64,000 nt of DNA from an uncultured virus (IMG/VR IMGVR_UViG_3300044953_000297) (IMGVR_UViG_3300044953_000297), one strand, 5' to 3'. Shown: positions 10,640 to 20,864, counted from the first letter of the stretch. Made by a program: numbers and translations. The notes: generated by a model from the sequence alone, not told the origin.

Positions 10640-11470
10640 ATGGCATTAGATCTAAGTAAATTAAAGAGTCGTTTGAACTCTCTTTCAAACACAAATCAAA
10701 AATCCAACCTCATCTGGAAGCCAAAGCCTGGTAAACAAGTAGTTCGTATCGTTCCCTACAAGTATGTTCCAGAAAATCCATTTATTGAACTCAAGTTTCA
10801 TTATAATTTGAATGGCAAGAGCTATATATCACCTGATAGTTTCGGCCGTCCAGATCCTATTGTTGAGTTTAGTAATCGTCTCAAGAAGACTGGCGATAAG
10901 GAAGATTGGAAGATGGGACGTAAGATGGAACCCAAGATGCGTACCTTTGCTCCTGCAATTATTCGCGGTGAAGAACATGAAGGTGTAAAGTTCTGGGGAT
11001 TCGGCAAGCAAGTTTATCAAGAATTGCTTTCAATCATCAGCGATCCTGATTTCGGTGATATTACTGACCTAAGTAGTGGTCGTGATATTGTGGTGGAATT
11101 TAAGACTGGTGACGACTCAGGCAAGAATTTCCCTGAAACTAACATTCGTGTTAAGCCAAATACCAGTGTTGCGGTTGATCCGAAGAATGGACAGTTGCTT
11201 GAAGCACTCAAGAGTCAAGTCAATATTCTGGATTTATTCCCAGAGTTGAGTTATGATGAACTCAAGGATGTTATGGATAAGTGGCTAAATCCTGATACAG
11301 CAGAAACCGCCGACACACCCGATGTTGTGGCGTCAACAGACGATGATGATGTACCAGTTGCAGCACCAGCTCAAACTGTAACACCTTCACCATCTGCTGC
11401 TAAAGCAAAAACAAATGCTCCAACTAAAGATAGTGTGGAACAAGAATTTGATGACTTGTTCAACTCCTAA
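10640..11470 (+). CDS. Single-stranded DNA-binding protein (gp32-like)
   Basis: WKP...VRIVP, GVKFWGFGKQVY, DITD...GRD motifs; acidic tail ending FDDLFNS. Confidence 0.8.
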   Translation: MALDLSKLKSRLNSLSNTNQKSNLIWKPKPGKQVVRIVPYKYVPENPFIELKFHYNLNGKSYISPDSFGRPDPIVEFSNRLKKTGDKEDWKMGRKMEPKMRTFAPAIIRGEEHEGVKFWGFGKQVYQELLSIISDPDFGDITDLSSGRDIVVEFKTGDDSGKNFPETNIRVKPNTSVAVDPKNGQLLEALKSQVNILDLFPELSYDELKDVMDKWLNPDTAETADTPDVVASTDDDDVPVAAPAQTVTPSPSAAKAKTNAPTKDSVEQEFDDLFNS

Positions 11471-11480
11471 ACAATAAAAT

Positions 11481-11514
11481 AAAGCCGGTGGAGTTTTTAT
11501 ACCCCACCGGCTTT
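11481..11514 (+). terminator. Intrinsic terminator after SSB
   Basis: AAAGCCGGTGG...CCACCGGCTTT hairpin. Confidence 0.7.
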
Positions 11515-11528
11515 CTAGTTATACACAT

Positions 11529-12674
11529 ATGGCAAAAAAATCTAGTGTTACAAAAGAATCTGCTCAACGAGATGAATTAATTGAATTGTTGGCAAACGAG
11601 CTTAACAAAGCAAATAAAGATGGTGGAAAGATCGCTTATTTCTTGGATGAACAGGAAAATCCAGCAGAAATTAGTGATTGGATTGGTACTGGGTCGTCTA
11701 TCCTAGACCTCGCAATTAGCAATCGTCCTCACGGAGGTTTGCCCGTTGGTAAGATGGTTGAATTCAATGGATTGGAAGGTACTGGTAAGAGTCTAGTATC
11801 CGCACATGTTGTTGCAAACACTCAAAAGAAAGGTGGTGTTGCGGTAGTAATTGATACTGAAAACGCAGCTGCTCCTGAGTTCTGGAAGAGCTTGGGTGTA
11901 GATTTGTCTAAGCTACTATATGTTCAATGTGAAACCGTTGAAGATATTTTTGCTCAGATGGAAAAGATGATTGCAATTGTTCGTAAGAGCAACAAAGATC
12001 GTATTCTAACAGTTATTGTTGACTCTGTAGCAGCAGCATCCACAAAATCAGAACTAGAAAGCGACCACGGTAAAGACGGGTTCGCAACTGGTAAGAGTAT
12101 CATTATCAGTAAGGCAATGCGTAAGATTACTACCATGATTGGTCGTCAAAAGGTTCTTACTGTATTTACTAATCAACTTCGTCAGAATCTAAATGCAATG
12201 GCATTTGGTGACAAGTATGTGGTAAGTGGCGGTAAGGCACTTGCTTACCATTGTAGTGTTCGTGTTCGTTTGAACAATACTGGAAAGCTGAAAAAGGCCG
12301 AGGAAGTTATTGGTAACGAGTGTAAAGCGGTTGTTATCAAAAACCGAATAGGTCCACCACAACGACAAGCTAATTTTGAAATTTACTTTGATAGTGGAAT
12401 TGCCGACTATAGCAGTTGGATCAAAGTATTGAAAGAAAATAATATTGTCAAACAAGGTGGTGCTTACTATTCCTATAGAAAAGATGACGGAAACGAATGG
12501 AAATTTCAATCCAAAGATTTTGTGACAACCATGCGGTCTGATGAAGCTCTAAAAGAAGAGTTGTATCTGAAGATTTGTGACGCCGTTATTATGAAATACA
12601 AGGATCCGAACAGCCAGATTGTTGATGACGCTGTGGTTGACACCGAAGAAGAAACTGCTAGAAACGAAGAATAA
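11529..12674 (+). CDS. recA: RecA/UvsX recombinase
   Basis: Walker A GLEGTGKS, IDTENA, VDSVAA, FTNQLR, SGGKAL, KNRIGPP. Confidence 0.92.
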   Translation: MAKKSSVTKESAQRDELIELLANELNKANKDGGKIAYFLDEQENPAEISDWIGTGSSILDLAISNRPHGGLPVGKMVEFNGLEGTGKSLVSAHVVANTQKKGGVAVVIDTENAAAPEFWKSLGVDLSKLLYVQCETVEDIFAQMEKMIAIVRKSNKDRILTVIVDSVAAASTKSELESDHGKDGFATGKSIIISKAMRKITTMIGRQKVLTVFTNQLRQNLNAMAFGDKYVVSGGKALAYHCSVRVRLNNTGKLKKAEEVIGNECKAVVIKNRIGPPQRQANFEIYFDSGIADYSSWIKVLKENNIVKQGGAYYSYRKDDGNEWKFQSKDFVTTMRSDEALKEELYLKICDAVIMKYKDPNSQIVDDAVVDTEEETARNEE

Positions 12675-13747
12675 TGAGTGGTTTCACACCAAACGAACGA
12701 AAGAAACTATTCTCTCTGTTTAAGAACATAGAAGGAGATTCCGTCACAACAGGACTAAAAAAGTCGCTTAACAGCGATGTCCTGTTGGTTGACGGGTTGT
12801 AGTTAAACACCTATATTCGTAGTTTCATGTCAGTGCCATCGCTAAATGATGACGGTCTTCATACTGGCGGTATTGCTGGATTTTTAAAAAGTGTGGGATA
12901 TGCAATTAAATTATTAAGTCCTACGCGGGTTATTATTGTATTTGACGGAAAAGGTGGATCACAAAAAAGAAGAAAGATTTATCTTGATTACAAAAATGGT
13001 CGTAGAACTGATATTAGATTAAACAGAACATATAATGAATTGTCGGACAGTATTACAGAATCGCAAAATTTTAAAAAGGAATTAATTAGAACGGTAAGTT
13101 ATTTGGATACCCTTCCAACAACTGTAATGGCCATTGATCAAGTTGAAGCCGATGATACTATTGCCTATCTAGCTAAACAGACATTCAAAGATAGCAATGT
13201 CACTATCATGTCTACCGACAAAGACTTTTTACAGTTAGCTAACGATAGAATTAATGTGTGGAGTCCTGTAAAGAAAAAGATTTTTGGTTGCAAAGAAATT
13301 GTGGATGAATATGGTATTACATGCAAAAATTTTATCTTCTATAGAATTATGGAGGGTGATACAAGTGATAATATTCCGGGATTAGATGGTGTAGGTTTAA
13401 AGAGAGTTGTACAAGCGTTTCCTTTTCTAGGAGAAGATCCTCAGGCTTGTATACAACAAATATATAATTATAGTGAGAATCACCGTAACAAGTATAAGAT
13501 TTATGATCGTGTGCTAGACAACAAATTATTGTTGGAACGAAATTATGAATTGATGCAGCTGCATGATACTCAAATTCAATCATTCACTCAATTGAGAATT
13601 GAAGAAATAATAAACAAGCCAATTCCCCGTATAGACAAGATGGGATTCAGTAAATTAATAACTGAAGATAAGATGTGGAATAATTTGCCAAACTATATAG
13701 TTTGGTTAAGTGAGACGTGGGGTAAACTCAACAGTTTTGTTGAGTAA
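12674..13747 (+). CDS. 5'-3' exonuclease/flap endonuclease (T4 RNase H-like), interrupted by in-frame TAG at 12800-12802
   Basis: Starts at TAATG overlap with recA; VLLVDGL*LNTYIRSF, VFDG, YKNGR, EADD, STDKD, GDTSDNIPG motifs. Confidence 0.88.
12740..12805 (+). other. Candidate ribosomal bypass element 1 (long hairpin + TTG-TAG-TTA)
   Basis: CCGTCA/TGACGG, CAACAGGAC/GTCCTGTTG and GTCGCT/AGCGAT stems end at 12796; then TTG TAG TTA. Confidence 0.65.
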
Positions 13748-13805
13748 AACAAACAATAACTTTTTACAAGTTGAAAAATTAACAACGCAAGTATACTATT
13801 TACAT

Positions 13806-15188
13806 ATGGAGACCAACAAACAAATCATTGATAACCTAAAGAAATACGGACTTGACTTTCAAATCAAGTGCATAGCCTGTCTGCTATCAGATCGTAGTTT
13901 CATGGAAAGAATTCAAGACATCGTTGAGGCTGAGTTTTTTGAAAGTGATGCTCAAAAATGGATATTAAAAGAAAGTGTTAAGTATTTTAATGAATATAAA
14001 GATTTACCAACATTAACCGTTTTCAAAGTTAAGGTTGACACTGTTGAGAACGAAGTTCTTAAGAAGACTATTGTAGACAGTTTGAAGTTGGTATACCAAA
14101 AGTTAAATGACAACGATTTGAAATTTGTCAAGGAACAATTTTTGGAATTCTGCAAGAATCAGAAGCTTAAGAATGCTATCTTTGAAAGTGCAGATTTGTT
14201 GGCCATCGGTCAATACGATAAAATCAAGATGGTTGTTGATGTGGCTATGAAGGCTGGTATGGAAAGAAATATCGGTCATGAATATGATGTAGAAATTGAA
14301 AATCGTATGAGCATCATGGCTCGTAACACAACTAAAACCAATTGGACTGAAATTGATACCATTATGGATGGTGGTCTTGGACCTGGCGAATTAGGAATCG
14401 TTGTTGCTCCGGCTGGTATTGGTAAAAGTTGGGTTCTCGCCAAACTTGGTGCTGAGGCAATGAAACAGGATAAGAATGTTTTGCATTTTACCTTGGAGTT
14501 AAACGAAAATTATGTTGGTCTTCGTTATGACAGTTGTTTTACCGGAATAGATTTCCAAAATATTCGCAACAATATTGACATCGTAAAACAAAAGATTGCA
14601 GAGGTGCCTGGTAAACTTGTGATCAAGTATTTCCCTCTAAAGACGGTATCAGCTCACAGTTTAAAGGCGCACGCTGAAAGGTTAGCCGTATTGGGTACAA
14701 AGATTGACATGATTGTTGTAGATTACGCAGACATTCTTCGTCCAGTACACAGTGATCGTAACAGTAATAGTTATAGCGAAGCTGGTGGTATTTATGAAGA
14801 GTTGAGAAGTATTGCTGGTGAACTTCAAATTCCAATTTGGAGTGCAAGTCAAGCAAATCGGTCAGCCGCAGACGAAGATATCGTTATGGCACATCATGCT
14901 GCTGATAGTTATCGCAAAATTATGACTGCCGACTTCGTAATGAGTGTATCTCGTAAGACAAACGACAAAGTTAGTAATACCGCACGATTCCATATCATTA
15001 AAAATCGTTTCGGACCAGACGGTTTGACATTCCCAAGCAAAATGAATGCTGGCTGCGGACAAATTGAAATTTTCTCTGAAAATAGCCGTGAGGGTCTCGC
15101 TGTACTAAATGAAATGATGGATGGTGAGAATAATGTTAAAAAAGTGTTGAAAAACAAGTGGAATGCTCACAATACAGATGATGAATAA
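13806..15188 (+). CDS. DnaB-like replicative helicase (gp41-like)
   Basis: Walker A APAGIGKS, TLEL, VDYAD, SASQANR, KNRFG. Confidence 0.9.
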   Translation: METNKQIIDNLKKYGLDFQIKCIACLLSDRSFMERIQDIVEAEFFESDAQKWILKESVKYFNEYKDLPTLTVFKVKVDTVENEVLKKTIVDSLKLVYQKLNDNDLKFVKEQFLEFCKNQKLKNAIFESADLLAIGQYDKIKMVVDVAMKAGMERNIGHEYDVEIENRMSIMARNTTKTNWTEIDTIMDGGLGPGELGIVVAPAGIGKSWVLAKLGAEAMKQDKNVLHFTLELNENYVGLRYDSCFTGIDFQNIRNNIDIVKQKIAEVPGKLVIKYFPLKTVSAHSLKAHAERLAVLGTKIDMIVVDYADILRPVHSDRNSNSYSEAGGIYEELRSIAGELQIPIWSASQANRSAADEDIVMAHHAADSYRKIMTADFVMSVSRKTNDKVSNTARFHIIKNRFGPDGLTFPSKMNAGCGQIEIFSENSREGLAVLNEMMDGENNVKKVLKNKWNAHNTDDE

Positions 15189-15292
15189 TAATTCATAGTT
15201 TTGTCGTAAGAAAAAAGTTTTAAAAAATTAAAAATAATTTTTGCGACAAAACTGAAAATTAGGTTTCAAATTGATAGTTATTTTTTACCAGT

Positions 15293-16909
15293 ATGAATAA
15301 AGAAATTTTTATAAAGAAGCGAAATGGTATAGTTGAAAAGTTTAACGCGGACAAAATAAACAAAGTGTTGCAATGGGCGACTGACGATATAAAAGGTGTC
15401 AGTTTTGAAGAAGTAGGAATGAATGCACATTTATCATTTTTTGACGGAATGGCAAGTGTTGATATTCACAAATTACTTATTGAGTCTGCTGCAAATCTAA
15501 TTAGTGAAGAAAAACCAAACTATCAATATGTGGCCTCTAGACTGTTAAATTATCAGCTTAGAAAAAATGTATGGGGAGGTAAAAATCCACCCAAGTTATA
15601 TGATATTGTAAAAAAGAATGTTGAGTCACTCGTATATGATCAACAAATTCTAGAATGGTATAGTAAACAAGAATTTGATAAATTGGATGAATATCTGAAG
15701 CATGACCGTGATTTTAATTTCACATATGCTGGTATCAAACAATTGTGTGATAAGTATTTGGTACAAAATCGTGTAACCAAAACTGTTTACGAAACTCCAC
15801 AATTTACATATATGTTGATTGCTATGACCTTCTTCAAAGGTTATAAAGAAAAGAGACTAGAGTATATTAAAAAAGCATACAACTACTTTAGCAAACACAA
15901 GATTAATCTTCCAACGCCAATCATGGCTGGAGTCAGAACTGTAATGAAGAGTTATGCAAGTTGTTCTCTCTTTACTGTTGATGACACCCTTAAGAGCATT
16001 TTTGCTAATAATAGTGCAGTAGGATTTGCTACTGCAAGTCGTTATGGTATTGGTTTGAATCTATCAAGATTACGTGCCACAAATGCTCCTATTCGTAATG
16101 GTGAAGTAATTCATACAGGTCCAGTTCCTTTTAGTAAGGCATTTGAATCTACCGTAAAGAGTTGTCACCAGAATGGTATTCGTGGCGGAAGCGCAACAGT
16201 TAATTTCGCATGGTTTCATTATGATATTCTTGACATTCTTGTATTGAAGAACAATCAAGGAACTGATGATAATCGTGTTCGCAAATTAGATTATTGTATT
16301 GGTTTAGACAAATTAATATTTGAACGATTCTTACAGAACAAGGACGTTACACTATTTAGTTATCATGAATGTCCATCATTGTGGAACAGTTTTGGATTGC
16401 CAGACTTTAAAGAAAAGTATGAAAGGGCTGAAGCTGACAAGAATATTAAATTCAAGAAGAAAGTATCTGCTCGTGAACTGATGGGTCTACTTGCTAAAGA
16501 AAGATTGGAAACTGGTCGTATTTATACCATGCATGTAGATCATGCAAATGAACACGGTAGCTGGCTAGATCAAGTAGATACAAGCAATTTGTGTTTACAT
16601 CCAGATACACAAGTTTCTTGCGTAGTTGATAATATTCCCATGAAATTATCTCTTAAAGAAGTGGATGATTTATTCAAACAAAATAAAAATATAAATGTAT
16701 TATCAAAAAATATAGACAATCAAGAAATTTCTTATAAAGAAGTTTTAAATTCAAATATTACCGGTGTTGATGCAAACTTAATAGAAATTACAGATGAAGA
16801 AACTGGATTTACTATTAAATGTACAGAGGATCATTTAATTTTCACTAAAAATAGAGGATATGTAAAAGCCAAAGATTTAAATGAAACTGACAGTTTAGAT
16901 ATTATATAA
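15293..16909 (+). CDS. nrdA: Ribonucleotide reductase alpha, N-terminal part fused to split intein N-fragment
   Basis: ATP cone, PTPIMAG, ASC, QNGIRGG; SNL followed by intein start CLHPDT at 16592. Confidence 0.92.
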   Translation: MNKEIFIKKRNGIVEKFNADKINKVLQWATDDIKGVSFEEVGMNAHLSFFDGMASVDIHKLLIESAANLISEEKPNYQYVASRLLNYQLRKNVWGGKNPPKLYDIVKKNVESLVYDQQILEWYSKQEFDKLDEYLKHDRDFNFTYAGIKQLCDKYLVQNRVTKTVYETPQFTYMLIAMTFFKGYKEKRLEYIKKAYNYFSKHKINLPTPIMAGVRTVMKSYASCSLFTVDDTLKSIFANNSAVGFATASRYGIGLNLSRLRATNAPIRNGEVIHTGPVPFSKAFESTVKSCHQNGIRGGSATVNFAWFHYDILDILVLKNNQGTDDNRVRKLDYCIGLDKLIFERFLQNKDVTLFSYHECPSLWNSFGLPDFKEKYERAEADKNIKFKKKVSARELMGLLAKERLETGRIYTMHVDHANEHGSWLDQVDTSNLCLHPDTQVSCVVDNIPMKLSLKEVDDLFKQNKNINVLSKNIDNQEISYKEVLNSNITGVDANLIEITDEETGFTIKCTEDHLIFTKNRGYVKAKDLNETDSLDII

Positions 16910-17078
16910 AAATAATTATATGTTGTATTTAAACGATGAAAAAATAACAACATTGAATTTAAAAAAGGATTTTTGAAATATGTTAAAAATTAAAAAAATA
17001 AAAGAAAAATCAGATGTGTATGATATAACCGTAAAAGATAATCATAATTTTTATGCCAATAATATATTAGTTCACAAT
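16592..17078 (+). mobile_element. Split intein in NrdA (IntN 105 aa at 16592-16906, IntC 33 aa at 16980-17078)
   Basis: Block A CLHPDT, block B CTEDH, blocks F/G VYDITV..NHNFYANNILVHN/C; 70-nt spacer containing stops and an AAGGA RBS. Confidence 0.92.
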
Positions 17079-18068
17079 TGTCTTGAGGTAAATCATCCTT
17101 TAACTCCAATTTATGATGTAAATGATCCCAAGGGAGAAATCGGCGTTTGTATTTTGGCCGCATTAAATTGGTTAGAAATTAAAGATGATGAGGAAATGGA
17201 AAATGTTTGTGAAATTATTGTGAGAATGTTAGATTCACTAATTGATCACCAACAATATTTCGTTCCAGCAGCTGAAAACTTTGCAAAGAAGCGTCGTAGT
17301 CTTGGAGTCGGTGTAAGTAATTTGGCTGCTCTATTGGCTAAAGAAGGCATAAAGTATTGGGATAAAGAAACTCCGAACTTTGTTGCCAAATGGATGGAGA
17401 AGACGAGTTATTATTTAATTAAAGCTAGTGTACAAATGGCTAAAGAAGTTGGTAAATGTGAGAAGTTTGATCGCACTAAATTCAGTCAGGGAATTCTTCC
17501 AATTGACACATACAAGAGAGATATTGACGAATTTATTACAGAAAAATTACATTGTGACTGGGAAACTCTTCGTGAAGAAATTAAGAAACATGGTATGAGA
17601 CACAGTACACTTACTGCTTGTATGCCTGTTGAATCTAGCAGTGTGATTCAAAGTAGTACCAATGGCATTGAACCACCCCGTAGTGCTATTAGTTTCAAGG
17701 GTAGTAAGAGCAATATCTTGCCTGTGGTAATTCCAAATATTGATAAGTATAAAGATAATTATACTTTTGCGTTTGACATGCCAAGCAATGAAGGTTATCT
17801 AAAGGTAGCTGCGGCCATTCAAAAATTTACGGATATGAGCATAAGCACCAATACCTATTATATTCCTTCACGATATGATAAGAATAAAGTGCCTGTACAA
17901 GACGTAATCAAAGACATTCTATTGGCTTATAAGTATGGATTAAAGAATCTTTATTATGCAAATACAGATGATGGTGATAAACAAACTGTTATGGAAGAAA
18001 AGAATGTAGAAATAAAACAACCAACTGTACAAGAATCCGGTTGTGAAAGCGGAGCTTGTGCGCTATAA
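16980..18068 (+). CDS. nrdA: Intein C-fragment plus ribonucleotide reductase alpha C-terminal part
   Basis: HN/CLEV, VCILAA, RSLGVG, MPVESSS, NGIEP, KNLYY, terminal CESGAC. Confidence 0.92.
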   Translation: MLKIKKIKEKSDVYDITVKDNHNFYANNILVHNCLEVNHPLTPIYDVNDPKGEIGVCILAALNWLEIKDDEEMENVCEIIVRMLDSLIDHQQYFVPAAENFAKKRRSLGVGVSNLAALLAKEGIKYWDKETPNFVAKWMEKTSYYLIKASVQMAKEVGKCEKFDRTKFSQGILPIDTYKRDIDEFITEKLHCDWETLREEIKKHGMRHSTLTACMPVESSSVIQSSTNGIEPPRSAISFKGSKSNILPVVIPNIDKYKDNYTFAFDMPSNEGYLKVAAAIQKFTDMSISTNTYYIPSRYDKNKVPVQDVIKDILLAYKYGLKNLYYANTDDGDKQTVMEEKNVEIKQPTVQESGCESGACAL

Positions 18069-18079
18069 TAGGAGGAAAA

Positions 18080-19138
18080 ATGAAAACAGTACTAAATAAG
18101 AAAAATATAGATCAGATGCGTAATCCAATGTTCTTGGGAGAAGATCTATCTTTACAACGATATGATCAGATCAAATATCCTAAGTTTTATGAATTGTATG
18201 ATCAACAGTTAAATTTCTTTTGGAGACCACAAGAAGTTTCGTTGGTCAAAGATATTGCTGATTATAAGAACCTTTCCCCAGAAGAACGATTTGTATTTGA
18301 TAGTAATTTGAAATTTCAAACTATGACCGACAGTATGTTGAGTCGTAGTATTCATGAATTAATGAAACATTGTACGAACAGTGAGTTAGAGATTTGCATG
18401 AATACGTGGAGTTTCTTTGAAACTATTCATAGTAATAGTTATACATACATTTTAAACAATGTATATCCAAATGCTACTAAGTTCTTTGATAGTATCTTGG
18501 AAGACGAAGAAATAGTCAAACGTGCGAAAGCCATTAGCAAAAAATATGATGAATTACTCACAGGTAACACCGATGTGAAACAACAGTTATTTGACGCTAT
18601 ATTGGCAACGCAAATTACTGAAGGATTGATTTTCTATGTGTCATTCGCATGTAGTTTTTATTTTGGTTATCGTGGAAAGATGGAGGGCAATAGTAAAATT
18701 ATCAAGTTCATCAGTAGAGATGAAAATCTACATGTTGCTATTACTCAGAACATCATGAAGAATTGGATTAATAATCCAGATGAGGGTTTTCAAGACATCG
18801 TTAAGAAGAACGAAGAAAAAATCTATGCTGCATATGAAATGGCGGTTAACGCCGAAAAAGACTGGGCAGATTATCTATTCAGCAAGGGCAACTTGGTTGG
18901 GTTGACATCTGAAAGTCTAAAACACTATGTAGAGTGGTTGGCTAACAATAGATTATCAAGTTTGGGATATAAGAAATTGTATTCTAATGCAAAAATTAAT
19001 CCTTTAAGTGGTTGGTTGGATAGTTATTATGATAGTAAGAAACTTCAAGTAGCACCTCAAGAAACTGAATTGAGTAGTTATGTTAAAGGCATAGATAACA
19101 CAATTAATGAGAATGCGTTTGACGATTTTAAACTTTAA
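18080..19138 (+). CDS. nrdB: Ribonucleotide reductase beta subunit
   Basis: FFWRPQEV, ETIHSNSY, EGLIFYVSF, RDENLH, VAPQETE; GGAGG RBS. Confidence 0.93.
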   Translation: MKTVLNKKNIDQMRNPMFLGEDLSLQRYDQIKYPKFYELYDQQLNFFWRPQEVSLVKDIADYKNLSPEERFVFDSNLKFQTMTDSMLSRSIHELMKHCTNSELEICMNTWSFFETIHSNSYTYILNNVYPNATKFFDSILEDEEIVKRAKAISKKYDELLTGNTDVKQQLFDAILATQITEGLIFYVSFACSFYFGYRGKMEGNSKIIKFISRDENLHVAITQNIMKNWINNPDEGFQDIVKKNEEKIYAAYEMAVNAEKDWADYLFSKGNLVGLTSESLKHYVEWLANNRLSSLGYKKLYSNAKINPLSGWLDSYYDSKKLQVAPQETELSSYVKGIDNTINENAFDDFKL

Positions 19139-19161
19139 AATAAACTTACAATAAAAAAACG

Positions 19162-19190
19162 AAGACCATCTTATTTGATGGTCTTTTTAT
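19162..19190 (+). terminator. Intrinsic terminator after nrdB
   Basis: AAGACCATC-loop-GATGGTCTTTTT. Confidence 0.7.
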
Positions 19191-19212
19191 TTATATTTAT
19201 AATAACAATATT

Positions 19213-19776
19213 ATGGATGATTTAACAAAATATGCTGATTTTGCTGATTTAATTATTAAGGTGGGAGGCGCATTGAGTTTGTTGGGTGGATTGGCATTAT
19301 GGCTTCACTCTTTAAAGAAGAGTGTCAATGAAATACTGGGTGAGGTAAGACCCAACGGAGGCAAATCTCTGAAAGATCGGGTAACAGCAATTCAGGCACA
19401 GGTTAATAAAGATTCAAATAACATAAATACCATATATTCTAGGCAGAAATGGATGTTGGATAATAGACCAGAACCAATATTTGAATGCAATACCAGTGGA
19501 AGTTGTACTTGGGTTAATGAAAAATACTGTCAATTATTACAACACGATGTAGAATATTTTAAAGGCAACGGATGGAAAAATGGCATTCATAATGATGACA
19601 GACAGCGTGTTGAGATCGAATGGGATCGAGCTATAAAAGATCGTAGAAGTAGCACATCAGAACATAGATTGGTAGATAGAGAAGGATCGGTGATACCAGT
19701 AAAGGTAACCGCAATTAGAAATGATGATCATGGATATATAGGGCGAATTGAGATTATAGATAAACAAAATAAGTAA
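19213..19776 (+). CDS. Membrane-anchored PAS-domain protein
   Basis: N-terminal hydrophobic helix; WVNEKYCQL...GWKNGIHNDDRQRV...W PAS signature. Confidence 0.75.
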   Translation: MDDLTKYADFADLIIKVGGALSLLGGLALWLHSLKKSVNEILGEVRPNGGKSLKDRVTAIQAQVNKDSNNINTIYSRQKWMLDNRPEPIFECNTSGSCTWVNEKYCQLLQHDVEYFKGNGWKNGIHNDDRQRVEIEWDRAIKDRRSSTSEHRLVDREGSVIPVKVTAIRNDDHGYIGRIEIIDKQNK

Positions 19777-19814
19777 TATTCTATACCCCCGTACTATTTA
19801 TAAGATATAACAAT

Positions 19815-20447
19815 ATGATATCTTCTAAAGAATTAGTTAAAAAACTCGTCAAAGAAACATTGGAACAAAAATATACAAATTCCAAAAAGTCGTGGGAAGA
19901 GATGATGGAAGAATTGTCCAAGGAAATTAAAAAGCCAGTGGTATTGGATGATAAGGGTAATTATAATGTATGTGAGTGTGAACCACATCATATTAATATT
20001 AGACCAATTACACACAATGTATACGATGTACAAGCATTTAAAGACGGCACAGATAGAACCAAGAAGTTGTATGTAAAGTATGAAGATTTAAAGAAGTTTG
20101 TTAAAGAATATCTAGACGAGAACAATCTAAATTATGTAGACAGTACATACAGTCGCAATGTTGAAAACAGTAAGGATAAAGAAGGCGGTAAAAAGGCAGA
20201 TAAAGCTGCCGATGAACAAAATTTGGTTGATCCTGAGAAAAACAATAAAGTCGTCAAAAACATCAAGGCTGAGCCAATGAATAAAGAAATTGACGATCCC
20301 ACTCAACCAATGAGAGAGGTGGAGAAGTTTGAACGCCAGGTAGATCATAAGAGTAAGAAACCTGATTATAAACCACCTCAATTGCCAAAGAATTTGCAGA
20401 AATTGGTTGTTAAATATACCAAGGGCGGTAAAACTAAGAAAAAATAA
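19815..20447 (+). CDS. Hypothetical Lys/Glu-rich protein
   Basis: 210-aa ORF preceded by TACTATTTATA. Confidence 0.6.
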   Translation: MISSKELVKKLVKETLEQKYTNSKKSWEEMMEELSKEIKKPVVLDDKGNYNVCECEPHHINIRPITHNVYDVQAFKDGTDRTKKLYVKYEDLKKFVKEYLDENNLNYVDSTYSRNVENSKDKEGGKKADKAADEQNLVDPEKNNKVVKNIKAEPMNKEIDDPTQPMREVEKFERQVDHKSKKPDYKPPQLPKNLQKLVVKYTKGGKTKKK

Positions 20448-20493
20448 TTGACATTCTAAAGATAGAGTGTTATTGTCTAAAAAAGGATTAATT

Positions 20494-20847
20494 ATGAAGA
20501 CTATATTGAGTTTGGCACTAGTTGGGGTAGTATTAACATCAACAACAGTTAAAACATTCGCAGGTGATCGTGAGTGGGCAACAGTTGGAAAAGTACTAAC
20601 TGGAGTTGCCGCTGTACATGTTATCGATAGAATTGTTAATCCTCCTCCACAAATAGTTTATGTCCAACAACCCGTGGTGGTGCAACCAGCTCCAGTTGTA
20701 GTTCAACAACCGCAAGTGGTATATGTTCAACCAGTACCTGTTGTTTATTATCAAACTGCGCCAACTGTTGTATACTCTCCAATTTGTCCTCCACATTATT
20801 ACCATTACCATAGGACATATCACCCTATACATCGCCAATATCGTTAA
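20494..20847 (+). CDS. Secreted Pro/Val/Gln-rich protein
   Basis: Signal peptide, GDREWATVGKVLTG motif, QPVVV repeats; TTGACA-17-TATTGT promoter at 20448-20476. Confidence 0.7.
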   Translation: MKTILSLALVGVVLTSTTVKTFAGDREWATVGKVLTGVAAVHVIDRIVNPPPQIVYVQQPVVVQPAPVVVQQPQVVYVQPVPVVYYQTAPTVVYSPICPPHYYHYHRTYHPIHRQYR

Positions 20848-20864
20848 TAATATTTAAACAAATA

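Noticed and set aside
12800..12802. Genome-wide TAG reassignment (code 15) as explanation of the in-frame TAG
   Set aside because: Long ORFs are open in the standard code, TAG ends at least one gene (37549), and decoding TAG would leave two extra residues in the DGxN motif.
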